Positions 1 to 8,852 of a stretch of DNA of 64,000 nucleotides are shown one piece after another. Within the stretch, counting starts at the first letter, position 1. Each line of letters opens with the position of its first letter. Source of the DNA: Nitrospirota bacterium (GTDB lineage: Bacteria; Nitrospirota; Nitrospiria; Nitrospirales; Nitrospiraceae); contig JBDTSF010000178.1 of NCBI GenBank assembly GCA_039931295.1, positions 352 to 64,351 of the forward strand, read 5' to 3'. The notes under the pieces are model-generated. The model worked only from the letters and a program-made list of their open reading frames with translations, did no database searches and was not told the origin of the DNA. Made by a program: the position numbers and the translations under genes.

Positions 1-134
1 GATATCTTCGGAAACCAGTGTCTTCATCGGTCTGTGCAATCCTGGGTTTGAAAACGATCGGTCGGTTACGTACACTACGCGGAACTGATTCATCGATGCG
101 GCGCGCATCATAGCATAAGAGGAGACGCTGGCCC

Positions 135-1667
135 GTGAAAACCCTGAAGACTGTAGACGCCTTGACGACCAGACTCCTGGAGATCCAGCGCATTAACAGT
201 GCGGCCTCACTTCTCTCGTGGGATCAGGAAACCTACATGCCGGCCGGTGGGGGCGAGGCCCGCGCCGAGCAGATTTCAACACTCCAGGGTATTGCACACC
301 AAAAGCTCGTCTCGCCAGAGATTGAACGCTTGCTCACCACCTGGGTCGATCCGGAGACCGGTGAAATCCGCGATACCCCTGGCGAAGGCTGGGATGAACC
401 TTCTCGATCGCTGCTCCGCGAAGTGTGGCGCGACTATCGCCGCGCGAAGAAGCTGCCCTCCGATTTTGTGATCAAACTCAGCCGGGAATGTTCGCTGGCG
501 CAGCAAGTGTGGGTGGAGGCTAAAGAGAATCAGGCCTTCGCGCAATTTCTCCCGAATCTCCGCACGGTCCTGTCGCTTAAGCGAGAAGAGGCTGAATACC
601 TCGGCTACGAAGACTCGCCGTACAATGCTCTGCTCGATGTGTACGAACCAGGCTCCACCATCGCGGCCTTGCGGCCATTGTTCGCACAGGTCAAGGGGCG
701 CCTTGTACCGCTGCTCAAAAAAATTCAGCAGAGTTCAGTGCAGATCGACGACGGGATGCTCTTTCATACCTTCGACCAGGCCCACCAATTGGAATTCGGC
801 CGGATGGTTTTGATCGCGATGGGCTACGACTTCGAACGGGGACGCCTCGACTTGTCAGCGCACCCCTTCACGACCTCGTTTCATCCGACGGATGTGCGCG
901 TGACCACCCGTGTGCACGAACACGATCTCCAATCCTGCCTGTTCAGCTGTATCCATGAAGGCGGCCATGGGTTGTACGACCAGGGTCTCGATCCTCGCTA
1001 CTTCGGCACGCCGCTGGGCGATTCGGTCTCGCTTGGCATTCATGAGAGCCAATCCCGCATGTGGGAAAACTGCGTGGGCCGATCGCGGCCGTTCTGGCGT
1101 TTCTTTTACCCCATGCTCCAGCAAACCTTTCATCATCAATTGCGCGCGCTCGACGTGGAACAATTCTACGCGGCGATCAACCGCGTCAAGCCGTCGTTGA
1201 TTCGAGTTGAAGCCGATGAGCTGACCTACAATCTCCACATCATGTTACGCTTTGAAATCGAGCAGGATCTTATTGAAGGCCGGACGCGCCCGGAGGACTT
1301 GCCGGAGATCTGGAACCAGAAAATGGAGGAATACCTGGGCATCCGCCCTTCCAACGATGCGGAAGGCGTCCTGCAAGATGTGCATTGGTCGTTCGGCGCG
1401 TTCGGCTATTTCCCGACGTACACGCTCGGCAATCTCTACTCTGTTCAATTCTATGAGCAGGCCAAACTGGAGATCCCCCATCTAGAGGATGAAATTGCGG
1501 CGGGACAATTGATGGTGTTACGGCGTTGGCTCGGACAAAAGATTCATCGCTGGGGCCGGATGTTCACGCCGGATCATCTCTCACGCCGAGTGACGGGCAA
1601 GAGCCTTGACCCCGAACCGTTCTTATCCTATGTGGAGCGTAAGTACGGGGAACTGTACAAGCTCTAG
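135..1667 (+). CDS. M32 family metallocarboxypeptidase (carboxypeptidase Taq-like)
   Basis: 510-aa ORF with GTG start. HEGGHGLYDQG (HExxH zinc site), HESQSRMWEN and IRVEADELTYNLH motifs are typical of M32 carboxypeptidases. Confidence 0.85.
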   Translation: MKTLKTVDALTTRLLEIQRINSAASLLSWDQETYMPAGGGEARAEQISTLQGIAHQKLVSPEIERLLTTWVDPETGEIRDTPGEGWDEPSRSLLREVWRDYRRAKKLPSDFVIKLSRECSLAQQVWVEAKENQAFAQFLPNLRTVLSLKREEAEYLGYEDSPYNALLDVYEPGSTIAALRPLFAQVKGRLVPLLKKIQQSSVQIDDGMLFHTFDQAHQLEFGRMVLIAMGYDFERGRLDLSAHPFTTSFHPTDVRVTTRVHEHDLQSCLFSCIHEGGHGLYDQGLDPRYFGTPLGDSVSLGIHESQSRMWENCVGRSRPFWRFFYPMLQQTFHHQLRALDVEQFYAAINRVKPSLIRVEADELTYNLHIMLRFEIEQDLIEGRTRPEDLPEIWNQKMEEYLGIRPSNDAEGVLQDVHWSFGAFGYFPTYTLGNLYSVQFYEQAKLEIPHLEDEIAAGQLMVLRRWLGQKIHRWGRMFTPDHLSRRVTGKSLDPEPFLSYVERKYGELYKL

Positions 1668-1740
1668 TTAGGATTCAGGAAAGCGATACCATCCATCAGG
1701 AAATTCCACGGGTCGCATTCCTGGAACAGCAAGACGACCC

Positions 1741-1866
1741 GCAGGCTGCTCAAAAATTTCGTCCAGCAAGGCCGCAGCGAGTGAGGACCGCAGGCGTACC
1801 CTCTGGGGTACGTTGAGGATCTGAACGCTGCGAGAACGCCGCTGGCGGAATTTTTCAGCAGCCTGC
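1741..1866 (-). repeat. Intergenic imperfect-palindrome repeat, copy A (short form, 126 bp)
   Basis: Inverted termini GCAGGCTGCTCAAAAATTTCG...CGGAATTTTTCAGCAGCCTGC. Aligns over its whole length with copies at 37494, 50745, 56525 and 58757, and in reverse orientation with 5730, 44861 and 54799. Strand convention: + means the plus strand reads GCAGGATGCTGAAAAAGTCC... Confidence 0.9.
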
Positions 1867-1868
1867 CG

Positions 1869-2474
1869 CTAATATCCCATCGCCTGATTCAGCTTCGCCA
1901 AGCTCCCGACGGACAACGCGAACTCCGCCTGCACCTCGATGCGAGACGGCACCAAGATCGTCGTATGGAACACAATATCGCGGATCGGGATCTTGAATTC
2001 CGGCTGCTGTGGAGTGCTCAATTCAACTGACTCAACCGACTGGGTAATCGCTCCGCTATCTTGAGGCCCATAGACCGCTACCACCGCCTTCAGAATCTCC
2101 GCGACCTTCTCGTTCGTCTCTACCCCCTCAATGCTTTTCTCCAGCAATGGAATGACTTCTTCCTGTGCCTGGTCGGAGAGTGTGAAATTTTCTACCCGTT
2201 CCTTTCGGCGTAGCGACATCAAGTCATTGTCGAGATCCTTGCTGAAGGCCCCATAGGCAAACCGGAAGAACTCGAAGTGAAAACCTTTGAATCCTTTACC
2301 AAACATCTGCAATTCGCACAGAAAACAGAGTTGCTGCAGCTTCACATCGCTGAGCAATCCGTGAGGTTCCGTCAGATGCAGAACATAGAGCAACAGAGCC
2401 CTGTCGACCGTAATCTGATTGGGTGTCCGCATTCTGATACTCGCGCGCGCGTTCCGCTTTGTGGAAGCTTCCAC
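1869..2474 (-). CDS. Hypothetical protein; N-terminal half resembles the Panacea/DUF4065 (SocA/PanA antitoxin-type) domain
   Basis: 201-aa ORF (GTG start at 2474; ATG alternative at 2432). VKLQQLCFLCELQMFGKGFKGFHFEFFRFAYGAFSKDLDNDL resembles the KLQKLLYF...W.yGP signature of DUF4065. The C-terminal half has no motif I recognise. Confidence 0.45.
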   Translation of the reverse strand: MEASTKRNARASIRMRTPNQITVDRALLLYVLHLTEPHGLLSDVKLQQLCFLCELQMFGKGFKGFHFEFFRFAYGAFSKDLDNDLMSLRRKERVENFTLSDQAQEEVIPLLEKSIEGVETNEKVAEILKAVVAVYGPQDSGAITQSVESVELSTPQQPEFKIPIRDIVFHTTILVPSRIEVQAEFALSVGSLAKLNQAMGY

Positions 2475-2611
2475 TATAGGCAGCGCCGGAGATCTCCGTC
2501 AATTCTTTCTCTCGGCACCCTATGCCATAAGACCCCCTTGACCAGTCAGACAGTTTCGTTTTTAATAGGCCCCATCGGAGGCCCGTCTTGGCAAATACCC
2601 ATGTTAAGGAA

Positions 2612-3022
2612 ATGCAGGCCCTAAAGGAGCACCTGGGCAAGCATCAGCTCAAGCTCACGAGGCAACGTGAATTGATTCTGAGCGCCTTTCTCCGGCAAGA
2701 ACACATTACCGCGGAAGCCATGTATCATCAGCTGGCGAAATCCGATCCGCATCTAGGGCTCGCGACTATCTACCGAACGCTCAATCTGTTCTGCGACGCG
2801 GGCCTCGCACAAGCCCGACACTTCGGCTCTCAGACGAAATACGATAACGTCTCGCACAAAGGCCACCACGATCACCTCATCTGCACTGGCTGTGAAAAAA
2901 TCGTGGAATTTGAAAACGAAGAAATTGAGCGGCTCCAGGAAGAAGTGGCCACCAGAAACGGATTTACCATCAAAACCCACCGGCTTGAGCTCTACGGCCT
3001 CTGTTCTCGCTGCCGTCATTGA
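2612..3022 (+). CDS. fur: Fur family transcriptional regulator
   Basis: Winged-helix N-terminus, HHDHLICTGCEKIVEF and C-terminal CSRC metal sites. The ATG at 2612 is preceded by AAGGAA; the ORF track starts at TTG 2588. Confidence 0.85.
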   Translation: MQALKEHLGKHQLKLTRQRELILSAFLRQEHITAEAMYHQLAKSDPHLGLATIYRTLNLFCDAGLAQARHFGSQTKYDNVSHKGHHDHLICTGCEKIVEFENEEIERLQEEVATRNGFTIKTHRLELYGLCSRCRH

Positions 3023-3047
3023 CGAATCGCCTTTTTTTTAGTATCAT
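3019..3047 (+). promoter_or_regulatory. Candidate sigma-70 promoter of the Fe(3+) ABC operon
   Basis: TTGACG (3019-3024), 17-nt spacer, TATCAT (3042-3047). Overlaps the fur stop codon, 43 nt upstream of the 3090 ATG. Confidence 0.45.
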
Positions 3048-3073
3048 TTTGAGACAGCTTATCAATTTCAATT
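3043..3073. promoter_or_regulatory. Candidate operator (Fur-type) downstream of the -10
   Basis: ATCATTTTGAGACAGCTTATCAATTTCAATT shares TTGAGA and an 11/12-identical TCAATTTCA(A/T)TT block with the Fur-box region at 10007-10045. The reverse complement of 3051-3069 matches the 19-bp Fur consensus at 12/19. Confidence 0.35.
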
Positions 3074-3089
3074 CCATAAGGATTCCCCC

Positions 3090-4130
3090 ATGTCATTTGT
3101 ATGTTCAATGCCCACAGTGCGCCAAATAATCCTTTCGAGCTTCATTGTGCTCTGCGCCGCCTGGGCCTTCGTACCCTCCGCCCCTGCCGCCGATTCGCTC
3201 ATCGTCTATTCCGGTCGGTCTGAGCGGCTTATCAAGCCGGTGCTCGACGCCTTTACGGCAACTACCGGCATTCAAATCGAGTTGTTATCGTCAGGCACGA
3301 CAGAATTGCTCAATCGACTAAAGGCTGAAGGTGATCGCACCTCGGCCGATATCCTGATCACCAACGATGCCGGCAGTTTGGAACTGGCCCGAACAGCAGG
3401 GCTCCTCCACCCGCTGAATATGCGGGAAGTCGAACGAGCCATCCCGGCGCAGTTTCGCGCATCGGACAATGCGTGGGTGGGACTCTCCGGGCGATTCTGG
3501 GTCGTGGTATATAACACCACGATGGTCAAACCGGACCAGGTGAAGTCCCTCCTCGACCTTGCCGATCCGAAATGGAAAGATAAGATTGCGATTCCAAATT
3601 CCGGCAGTGAATATCTGCAAGCAGGCGTGTCGGTCATCCGCGCAACCCATGGTGATGAGAAGACCAAACAGTTCCTGCAAGGCCTCAAGACCAATGCAGA
3701 CAGCCAGGTCTACCAGAAAAGCTCGCAGATCGTGGATGCCGTGGCCAAAGGACAAGTCGCGTTGGGTATCGTCAATCACTACTACGTGTACCGTCATCTG
3801 GCCGCTCAGCCAGGATCGCCGGTTGCGGTGGTGATGCCGGATCAGCAAGAGGGCGGCATGGGAGCGATCATGAACGTCGCGGGCGTCGGTGTGATCAAGA
3901 CAACCAAGCGCCTCGACAGCGCCAAGCTGCTCGTCGAATTCTTAGTCGCCCAGGCGGGGCAGAAGTTATTTGCGGAACTTGACAAGGAATATCCCCTCCA
4001 TCAGGACGTGAAGGCAGATCCGGCACTCGTGGAACGTAAGAGTTTCCGCGCGGCACTGGTCCCCCTCTCCAAACTCGCCGAACTGCGCGAGCCGACGCTC
4101 ACGCTGATCGAACAAGTGGGTCTCCGGTAA
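3090..4130 (+). CDS. Fe(3+) ABC transporter periplasmic substrate-binding protein (AfuA/FbpA/FutA-type)
   Basis: 346 aa with a signal peptide (...SAPAADS). LIVYSGRSE...ADILITNDAG pattern of COG1840 iron-binding proteins. Followed by permease and ATPase genes. Confidence 0.85.
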   Translation: MSFVCSMPTVRQIILSSFIVLCAAWAFVPSAPAADSLIVYSGRSERLIKPVLDAFTATTGIQIELLSSGTTELLNRLKAEGDRTSADILITNDAGSLELARTAGLLHPLNMREVERAIPAQFRASDNAWVGLSGRFWVVVYNTTMVKPDQVKSLLDLADPKWKDKIAIPNSGSEYLQAGVSVIRATHGDEKTKQFLQGLKTNADSQVYQKSSQIVDAVAKGQVALGIVNHYYVYRHLAAQPGSPVAVVMPDQQEGGMGAIMNVAGVGVIKTTKRLDSAKLLVEFLVAQAGQKLFAELDKEYPLHQDVKADPALVERKSFRAALVPLSKLAELREPTLTLIEQVGLR

Positions 4131-4146
4131 CTCGAAGGGACCCGTC

Positions 4147-5730
4147 GTGAGCACGATTCGCCAGCAACTTGCTTCGCCTTTGCAACTCGTTGTCTTGGCG
4201 ACGGCGGGAATTATTCTGCTGCCGCTCGGCTATGTCACTGCGCAGGCCCTCTCGGCTGATCCGGCCGTTTGGAGCCGCTTGTGGGCAACGCGCATTCCCG
4301 AGCTCCTGTTCAACACCGTCTCGCTGGCCGGCAGCGTGTCGATCATCACGCTAATCCTGGGCGTCTCAACCGCCTGGTTGGTGACACGTGTGGACTTCCC
4401 CGGTCGCCGATTGTGGGAAGGCGCCCTGGTTCTTCCCTTGGCGATGCCGACCTATGTGCTGGCCTATGTGTACTCTTATCTCCTAGGATTCGGCGGCCCC
4501 GTTGAACATCTCTGGCAACTCGTGGCCGGGCCCCAAGCCAGAGTCTTTTCTCCCCATAGTTATTGGGGCGCAACACTGGTTATGGCATTGGACACCTTTC
4601 CCTTCGTTTACCTCCTCAGCCGGAGTGCGCTTCTCAGCATGAATGTGTCGTTTGAAGAAGTGGCGCGGACCAGCGGTGTCTCCCGTCTCTCGACCCTGTG
4701 GCGAGTGACGCTGCCGTTGATGCGCCCTTCGATTGCTGCGGGGATTGCGCTCGTTATTTTGTACGTCGTGTCGGACTTCGGCGCCGTGTCGTTACTCCGC
4801 TACCAAACGCTCACCTACGCCGTGTTCCAGCAGATGACGGGACGGTCCGACAATACGGCAGCGAGCATCTTAAGTCTGCTGTTGGTCGTACTCGCACTGA
4901 TATTCCTGATCACGGAACGATGGTTCCGACAACGAAGCCGGTTTTATCAGACCACCGGCCGCTACCGAGCTCCACAACGGCGCCGCTATGGCTGGCTCGG
5001 CTCCATGGCCGTTACCGGTTATCTCGGATTGATCGTCGGCGCAGCCTTTGCCCTTCCAACCTTGCTCTTAATTCAATGGAGCCTCTCACCTGAGGCGCAG
5101 GCGACGCTCGACAGCCGGTTCTTCGGGTTTGTCTGGAACAGCGGTATTTTGGCCGCCTGTGCCGCCACCGGTGGCGTATTGATCGGCTTGCCGATTGCCT
5201 ATCTCGCCAGCCGCCGCCCGACGCTATTGAACCTAGGCTGCCTGCAAGCCGCCTATGCCGGCTATGTGCTTCCAGGACCAGTGGCAGCATTAGCCGTCCT
5301 TGTTCTATTTACTAAGCTCGCCCCGGTGTTCTATGGCTCCGTGCTCATCCTCATCGTCGCCTATGTGATCCATTTTCTCCCGGCCGGGCTCCAGTCACTG
5401 GAACCGGCGCTCCAGCAGATGTCGCCGAATCTAGAGGAAGTCGCGCGCACGCTAGGCCTTGGAATGCGCAACACCTGGCGACGGGTCACACTGCCGCTTA
5501 TTCGGAATGGATTTGTCGTCGCCTGGGTTTTGATGTTTTTACAGACAATGAAGGAGTTACCTGCCACGCTCTTGTTGCGGCCAGTGGGGTTCGACACCCT
5601 GGCCATTCGCGTCTGGATGGAAGCGAGCGAGGAATATTATCAACTGGCCGCTCCCTCCGCGCTCCTCATTGTCTTGTTGAGTCTCCCGGTACTGGCTTTG
5701 TTGGTCTCAAAAGATTGGCGCGCGGCGTAG
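4147..5730 (+). CDS. Fe(3+) ABC transporter permease (fused double permease, FbpB/AfuB-type)
   Basis: 527 aa, GTG start, two tandem ABC membrane-domain halves (about 12 TM segments). Located between the SBP and ATPase genes. Confidence 0.85.
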   Translation: MSTIRQQLASPLQLVVLATAGIILLPLGYVTAQALSADPAVWSRLWATRIPELLFNTVSLAGSVSIITLILGVSTAWLVTRVDFPGRRLWEGALVLPLAMPTYVLAYVYSYLLGFGGPVEHLWQLVAGPQARVFSPHSYWGATLVMALDTFPFVYLLSRSALLSMNVSFEEVARTSGVSRLSTLWRVTLPLMRPSIAAGIALVILYVVSDFGAVSLLRYQTLTYAVFQQMTGRSDNTAASILSLLLVVLALIFLITERWFRQRSRFYQTTGRYRAPQRRRYGWLGSMAVTGYLGLIVGAAFALPTLLLIQWSLSPEAQATLDSRFFGFVWNSGILAACAATGGVLIGLPIAYLASRRPTLLNLGCLQAAYAGYVLPGPVAALAVLVLFTKLAPVFYGSVLILIVAYVIHFLPAGLQSLEPALQQMSPNLEEVARTLGLGMRNTWRRVTLPLIRNGFVVAWVLMFLQTMKELPATLLLRPVGFDTLAIRVWMEASEEYYQLAAPSALLIVLLSLPVLALLVSKDWRAA

Positions 5731-5900
5731 CAGGATGCTGAAAAAGTCCACCAGCTTCGTTCTCGCATCGTCCAGATCCTCAACGTACCCCATACGAGGA
5801 ATAAGCTGTCTTGGCAGATCGGGGAGGGTGGGTGGAAACTATCACGCCTCGGGTCTTCACTCGCTGCGGCCTTGCTGGACGAACTTTTTGAGCATCCTGC
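5730..5900 (+). repeat. Intergenic imperfect-palindrome repeat, copy B (long form, 171 bp)
   Basis: GCAGGATGCTGAAAAAGTCCACCAGC...GGACGAACTTTTTGAGCATCCTGC. The first G is the last base of the permease TAG stop. Lies inside the ABC operon, 21 nt before the ATPase start. Confidence 0.9.
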
Positions 5901-5921
5901 AAGAGGAAGGATCGTGATGCT

Positions 5922-7046
5922 GTGACCTCAGACCACTCCACCGCACCCCGCCCTTCTGGTGAAAGCACATTCCAGGGCAATCTGTTTACGCCGGCCTCGT
6001 CGGTCTTGGAATTGCGTCATGTCTCTTGCGCCTACGAAACCGGGCGCCCTGCGGTCCTGGAAATTTCCTTCGCAGCTAGAGAAGGGGAAATTCTTTGCCT
6101 GCTGGGTCCTTCGGGGTGCGGGAAGACGACCATTTTGCGGGCGATCGCAGGATTTGAACCGGTTCGTTCCGGCCAACTGTTCTTATCCGGGCAACTCGTC
6201 TCGTCACCGGACGTCATGATCCCGACGGAGAGCCGGCACGTCGGAATGGTCTTTCAAGAATACGCGCTGTTTCCCCACCTACGCGTCCAAGACAACATCG
6301 CCTTCGGGCTCCATCATCTTGCCCGGAGCGAACGCGCACCGCGAGTCCAGGAGATGTTACGCCTCACAGGGCTGGAGGGATTCGAACGACGATATCCTCA
6401 CGAATTATCGGGCGGCCAGCAACAGCGGGTCGCACTGGCTCGCGCCCTCGTCCAGAATCCCGTCGTCTTGCTGCTCGATGAGCCATTCAGTAATTTGGAC
6501 CCAGACATGGCCGGGCGCATGCGCCAAGAATTGCACGATCTCTTACGACGGACAAAGACAACCACTGTGCTCGTCACACACGATCATGACGAAGCGTTTG
6601 CCATGGCCGATCGAATCGCTGTACTCAACCAGGGCCGCTTGGAACAACTCGATACGCCGGAAATGATGTACCACATGCCGGCCACACCCTTCGTCGCCGA
6701 TTTCGTCGGTCAAGCAGACTTCATCCCTGGAACTGTCTCCCACGGCCTGGTCCAGACCGAACTAGGAGAGTTTCCCGATACCATCGAATGCGCGGATGGC
6801 ACCAATGTGGTCGTTATGATTCGGCCCGACGATATCCATCTTATCCCCACGAAGGGCGCGCGCGCGCGCGTCCTCTCCCGCCAATTTCATGGATCAGAAA
6901 ATCTGTATACGGTCAGCCTCCCCTCAGGTCAAATCGTTCATAGTAGCCAAGGTTCCACGAGCGTCTATCAGGCAGGCACGGCAGTAGAACTTCGTGTCCT
7001 GGCGACCCATACTGTGCTCTTTCGTCAAGAGAAGCCCACTGGATAG
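5922..7046 (+). CDS. Fe(3+) ABC transporter ATP-binding protein (FbpC/AfuC-type)
   Basis: Walker A GPSGCGKTT, signature LSGGQQQRVALARAL, Walker B LLLDEPFSNLD, and a C-terminal TOBE-like domain. GTG start preceded by GAGGAAGGA. Confidence 0.9.
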   Translation: MTSDHSTAPRPSGESTFQGNLFTPASSVLELRHVSCAYETGRPAVLEISFAAREGEILCLLGPSGCGKTTILRAIAGFEPVRSGQLFLSGQLVSSPDVMIPTESRHVGMVFQEYALFPHLRVQDNIAFGLHHLARSERAPRVQEMLRLTGLEGFERRYPHELSGGQQQRVALARALVQNPVVLLLDEPFSNLDPDMAGRMRQELHDLLRRTKTTTVLVTHDHDEAFAMADRIAVLNQGRLEQLDTPEMMYHMPATPFVADFVGQADFIPGTVSHGLVQTELGEFPDTIECADGTNVVVMIRPDDIHLIPTKGARARVLSRQFHGSENLYTVSLPSGQIVHSSQGSTSVYQAGTAVELRVLATHTVLFRQEKPTG

Positions 7047-7145
7047 GCATACGAGTCAATCCGACAGATCACACGAAAACATTGACAGGCTTTTTCGCGA
7101 TCTGGCATTGATAGAGATTCACGGCGGTTCCTGACCTGCCGGTTT

Positions 7146-7607
7146 ATGAATAATGAAGGAACGAAGGCCTTGTCTATGAATGGGTTACAAAACCTTGTCG
7201 ATTATGGAGTCATTGGGCTCCTATTAGCGCTCAGTGTCTGGACGGTGGCCATCGCGGTGGAACGGTGGATCTTTTACCGTCGTGTCGATCTTACACAATA
7301 CCCTAACAGCCTGGGGTTGGAGATGGCGCTGACCAAACACCTGGTCATTATCGGCACAGTCGCCGCAAACGCTCCGTATATTGGCCTGCTAGGCACTGTG
7401 CTTGGGATCATGCTCACATTCCATACGATGGGGACCTCCGGGACCATGGCGGTCAATGCCATCATGATTGGGCTCAGCCTTGCGCTCAAGGCCACGGCGG
7501 TCGGACTACTGGTCGCGATTCCCTGCGTCGTCATGAACAACGTACTCCGACGGAAAGTAGCCGAGCTCCTTGCCCGACATAAGGAACAACATGCAACGGG
7601 ACATTGA
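7146..7607 (+). CDS. exbB: MotA/TolQ/ExbB family proton-channel protein
   Basis: 153 aa, three TM helices, ...GLLGTVLGIM... motif. Followed by exbD and tonB. Confidence 0.75.
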   Translation: MNNEGTKALSMNGLQNLVDYGVIGLLLALSVWTVAIAVERWIFYRRVDLTQYPNSLGLEMALTKHLVIIGTVAANAPYIGLLGTVLGIMLTFHTMGTSGTMAVNAIMIGLSLALKATAVGLLVAIPCVVMNNVLRRKVAELLARHKEQHATGH

Positions 7608-7965
7608 TCAAATCAACGTCATTCCCCTTGTGGACGTCATGCTGGTTCTCTTGGTCATCGTACTGACCACAGCCACTTTTATCAGCAGCGGGCAGATTCC
7701 GGTCAATTTGGCAAAAGCAAAGGAGGTCGGCGATCGCAAAGAGGCTCCCATCGTCATCACCCTCACGGCCGACGGCGCGCTCTTTCTCAACGACCGGGCC
7801 GTCCCTGAAGGAGGGCTTCAGGGTGCGCTGACTGCGGAGCCTCGGGAATCGTCGGTCGTCGTACGGGCAGATAAAGTTACGTTACTTGAACGATTCGTGT
7901 CCGTGGTCGATGAGGTGCGAGGGTTAGGATTTCAACAGGTCAGCCTGGAGGTCATCCGACTGTGA
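7591..7965 (+). CDS. exbD: ExbD/TolR biopolymer transport protein
   Basis: INVIPLVDVMLVLLVIVL TM anchor typical of ExbD. ATG at 7591 is preceded by AAGGAA; the ORF track starts at TTG 7570. Confidence 0.75.
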   Translation: MQRDIDQINVIPLVDVMLVLLVIVLTTATFISSGQIPVNLAKAKEVGDRKEAPIVITLTADGALFLNDRAVPEGGLQGALTAEPRESSVVVRADKVTLLERFVSVVDEVRGLGFQQVSLEVIRL

Positions 7966-8843
7966 TCGCTGAGGCGCCATTTCGCTCCGGAGGTCACAAG
8001 CAATCCCATGTCCAAGGGTGGTTGATCTCCGTCCTCTTCCACGGAACCGTGGCTCTCATAGCGATCCTCCTTATTAAGCACGTTCAACTCGTGCCGCAGG
8101 AAGACGCGTTCAAGTGGAACGTGGCCATAGTGTCGCCGGCTCAACCTGTTCAACCAGCCACATCATCCTCAGCCCAGGCTCCTGCCAGATCAGCTCCATC
8201 GACGACATCGACCTCCCCTCCCCCCCTGCGGCGGGGTACGCCGACACAAACGCTTACGCAACAGGCGGTCCTGTCCCCACCACAACCCTCAACTCCCTCA
8301 CGATCAGCGGCTCACACCGTGCAACCAGCCGAACCGATCAGACATGAGGTCATTGCACCCATCGCCATTGAAACTTCGCCCGCTCCAAAAACAGACGACT
8401 CATCAACAGCCGTCTCCGCCTCTACTGATGCCGTGACAGGACCATCAAGCGCGCAATCCACAGCCGTCGAACAGACTCCACAATCTGAACACACTTCAGC
8501 GCAAACCCAGATGGCAGCCATTTCTCCGGTACCATCCGTCGTACCGGCTAAGCGTGACTACAGCTGGCTCTCTGAAGCGATTTTACGTCGTATGGAAGAA
8601 TTGAAACGCTATCCCGCCTCGGCTCGAGTCGATCGAGCTGAAGGGAAAGTCGTGGTCAAAGCTGTGATCGACGAGGACGGGAGCATCAGTGAAGTTGGCG
8701 TCTTTCTGAGTTCGGGGCACATCGCGCTCGACGAAGCCGCGGTTGAAACCATGCGGCAAGCCGCCCCATTCCATTTGCCGCATCCATTGGGACAGCCGCG
8801 CATGACGATCAAGATTCCCATGAACTATCGATTGGACCGATAA
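7962..8843 (+). CDS. tonB: TonB family energy transducer
   Basis: N-terminal TM anchor, a roughly 170-aa Ser/Thr/Pro/Ala-rich linker and a C-terminal TonB_C-like fold (YPASARVDRAEGKVVVKAVIDEDG...). 4-nt overlap with exbD. Confidence 0.75.
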   Translation: MIAEAPFRSGGHKQSHVQGWLISVLFHGTVALIAILLIKHVQLVPQEDAFKWNVAIVSPAQPVQPATSSSAQAPARSAPSTTSTSPPPLRRGTPTQTLTQQAVLSPPQPSTPSRSAAHTVQPAEPIRHEVIAPIAIETSPAPKTDDSSTAVSASTDAVTGPSSAQSTAVEQTPQSEHTSAQTQMAAISPVPSVVPAKRDYSWLSEAILRRMEELKRYPASARVDRAEGKVVVKAVIDEDGSISEVGVFLSSGHIALDEAAVETMRQAAPFHLPHPLGQPRMTIKIPMNYRLDR

Positions 8844-8852
8844 CCCTCTGCT

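Noticed and set aside
1-27. Possible start of a minus-strand gene (ATGAAGACACTGGTTTCCGAAGATATC read leftwards)
   Set aside because: Only 9 codons are inside the window and there is no visible SD, so it cannot be supported.
5735-5917. Small ORFs inside repeat copies encoding similar peptides such as MLKKS.SFVLAS.RSSTYP (also 50695-50985, 54804-55001, 56443-56709, 58686-58883)
   Set aside because: The recurrence comes from the repeated DNA itself. The frames differ between copies, there are no SDs, and the long forms break the frames.
7082-7125. Sigma-70 promoter call upstream of exbB
   Set aside because: A TTGACA hexamer is present, but no acceptable -10 lies at 16-19 nt spacing. It is mentioned only as a weak Fur-related site.
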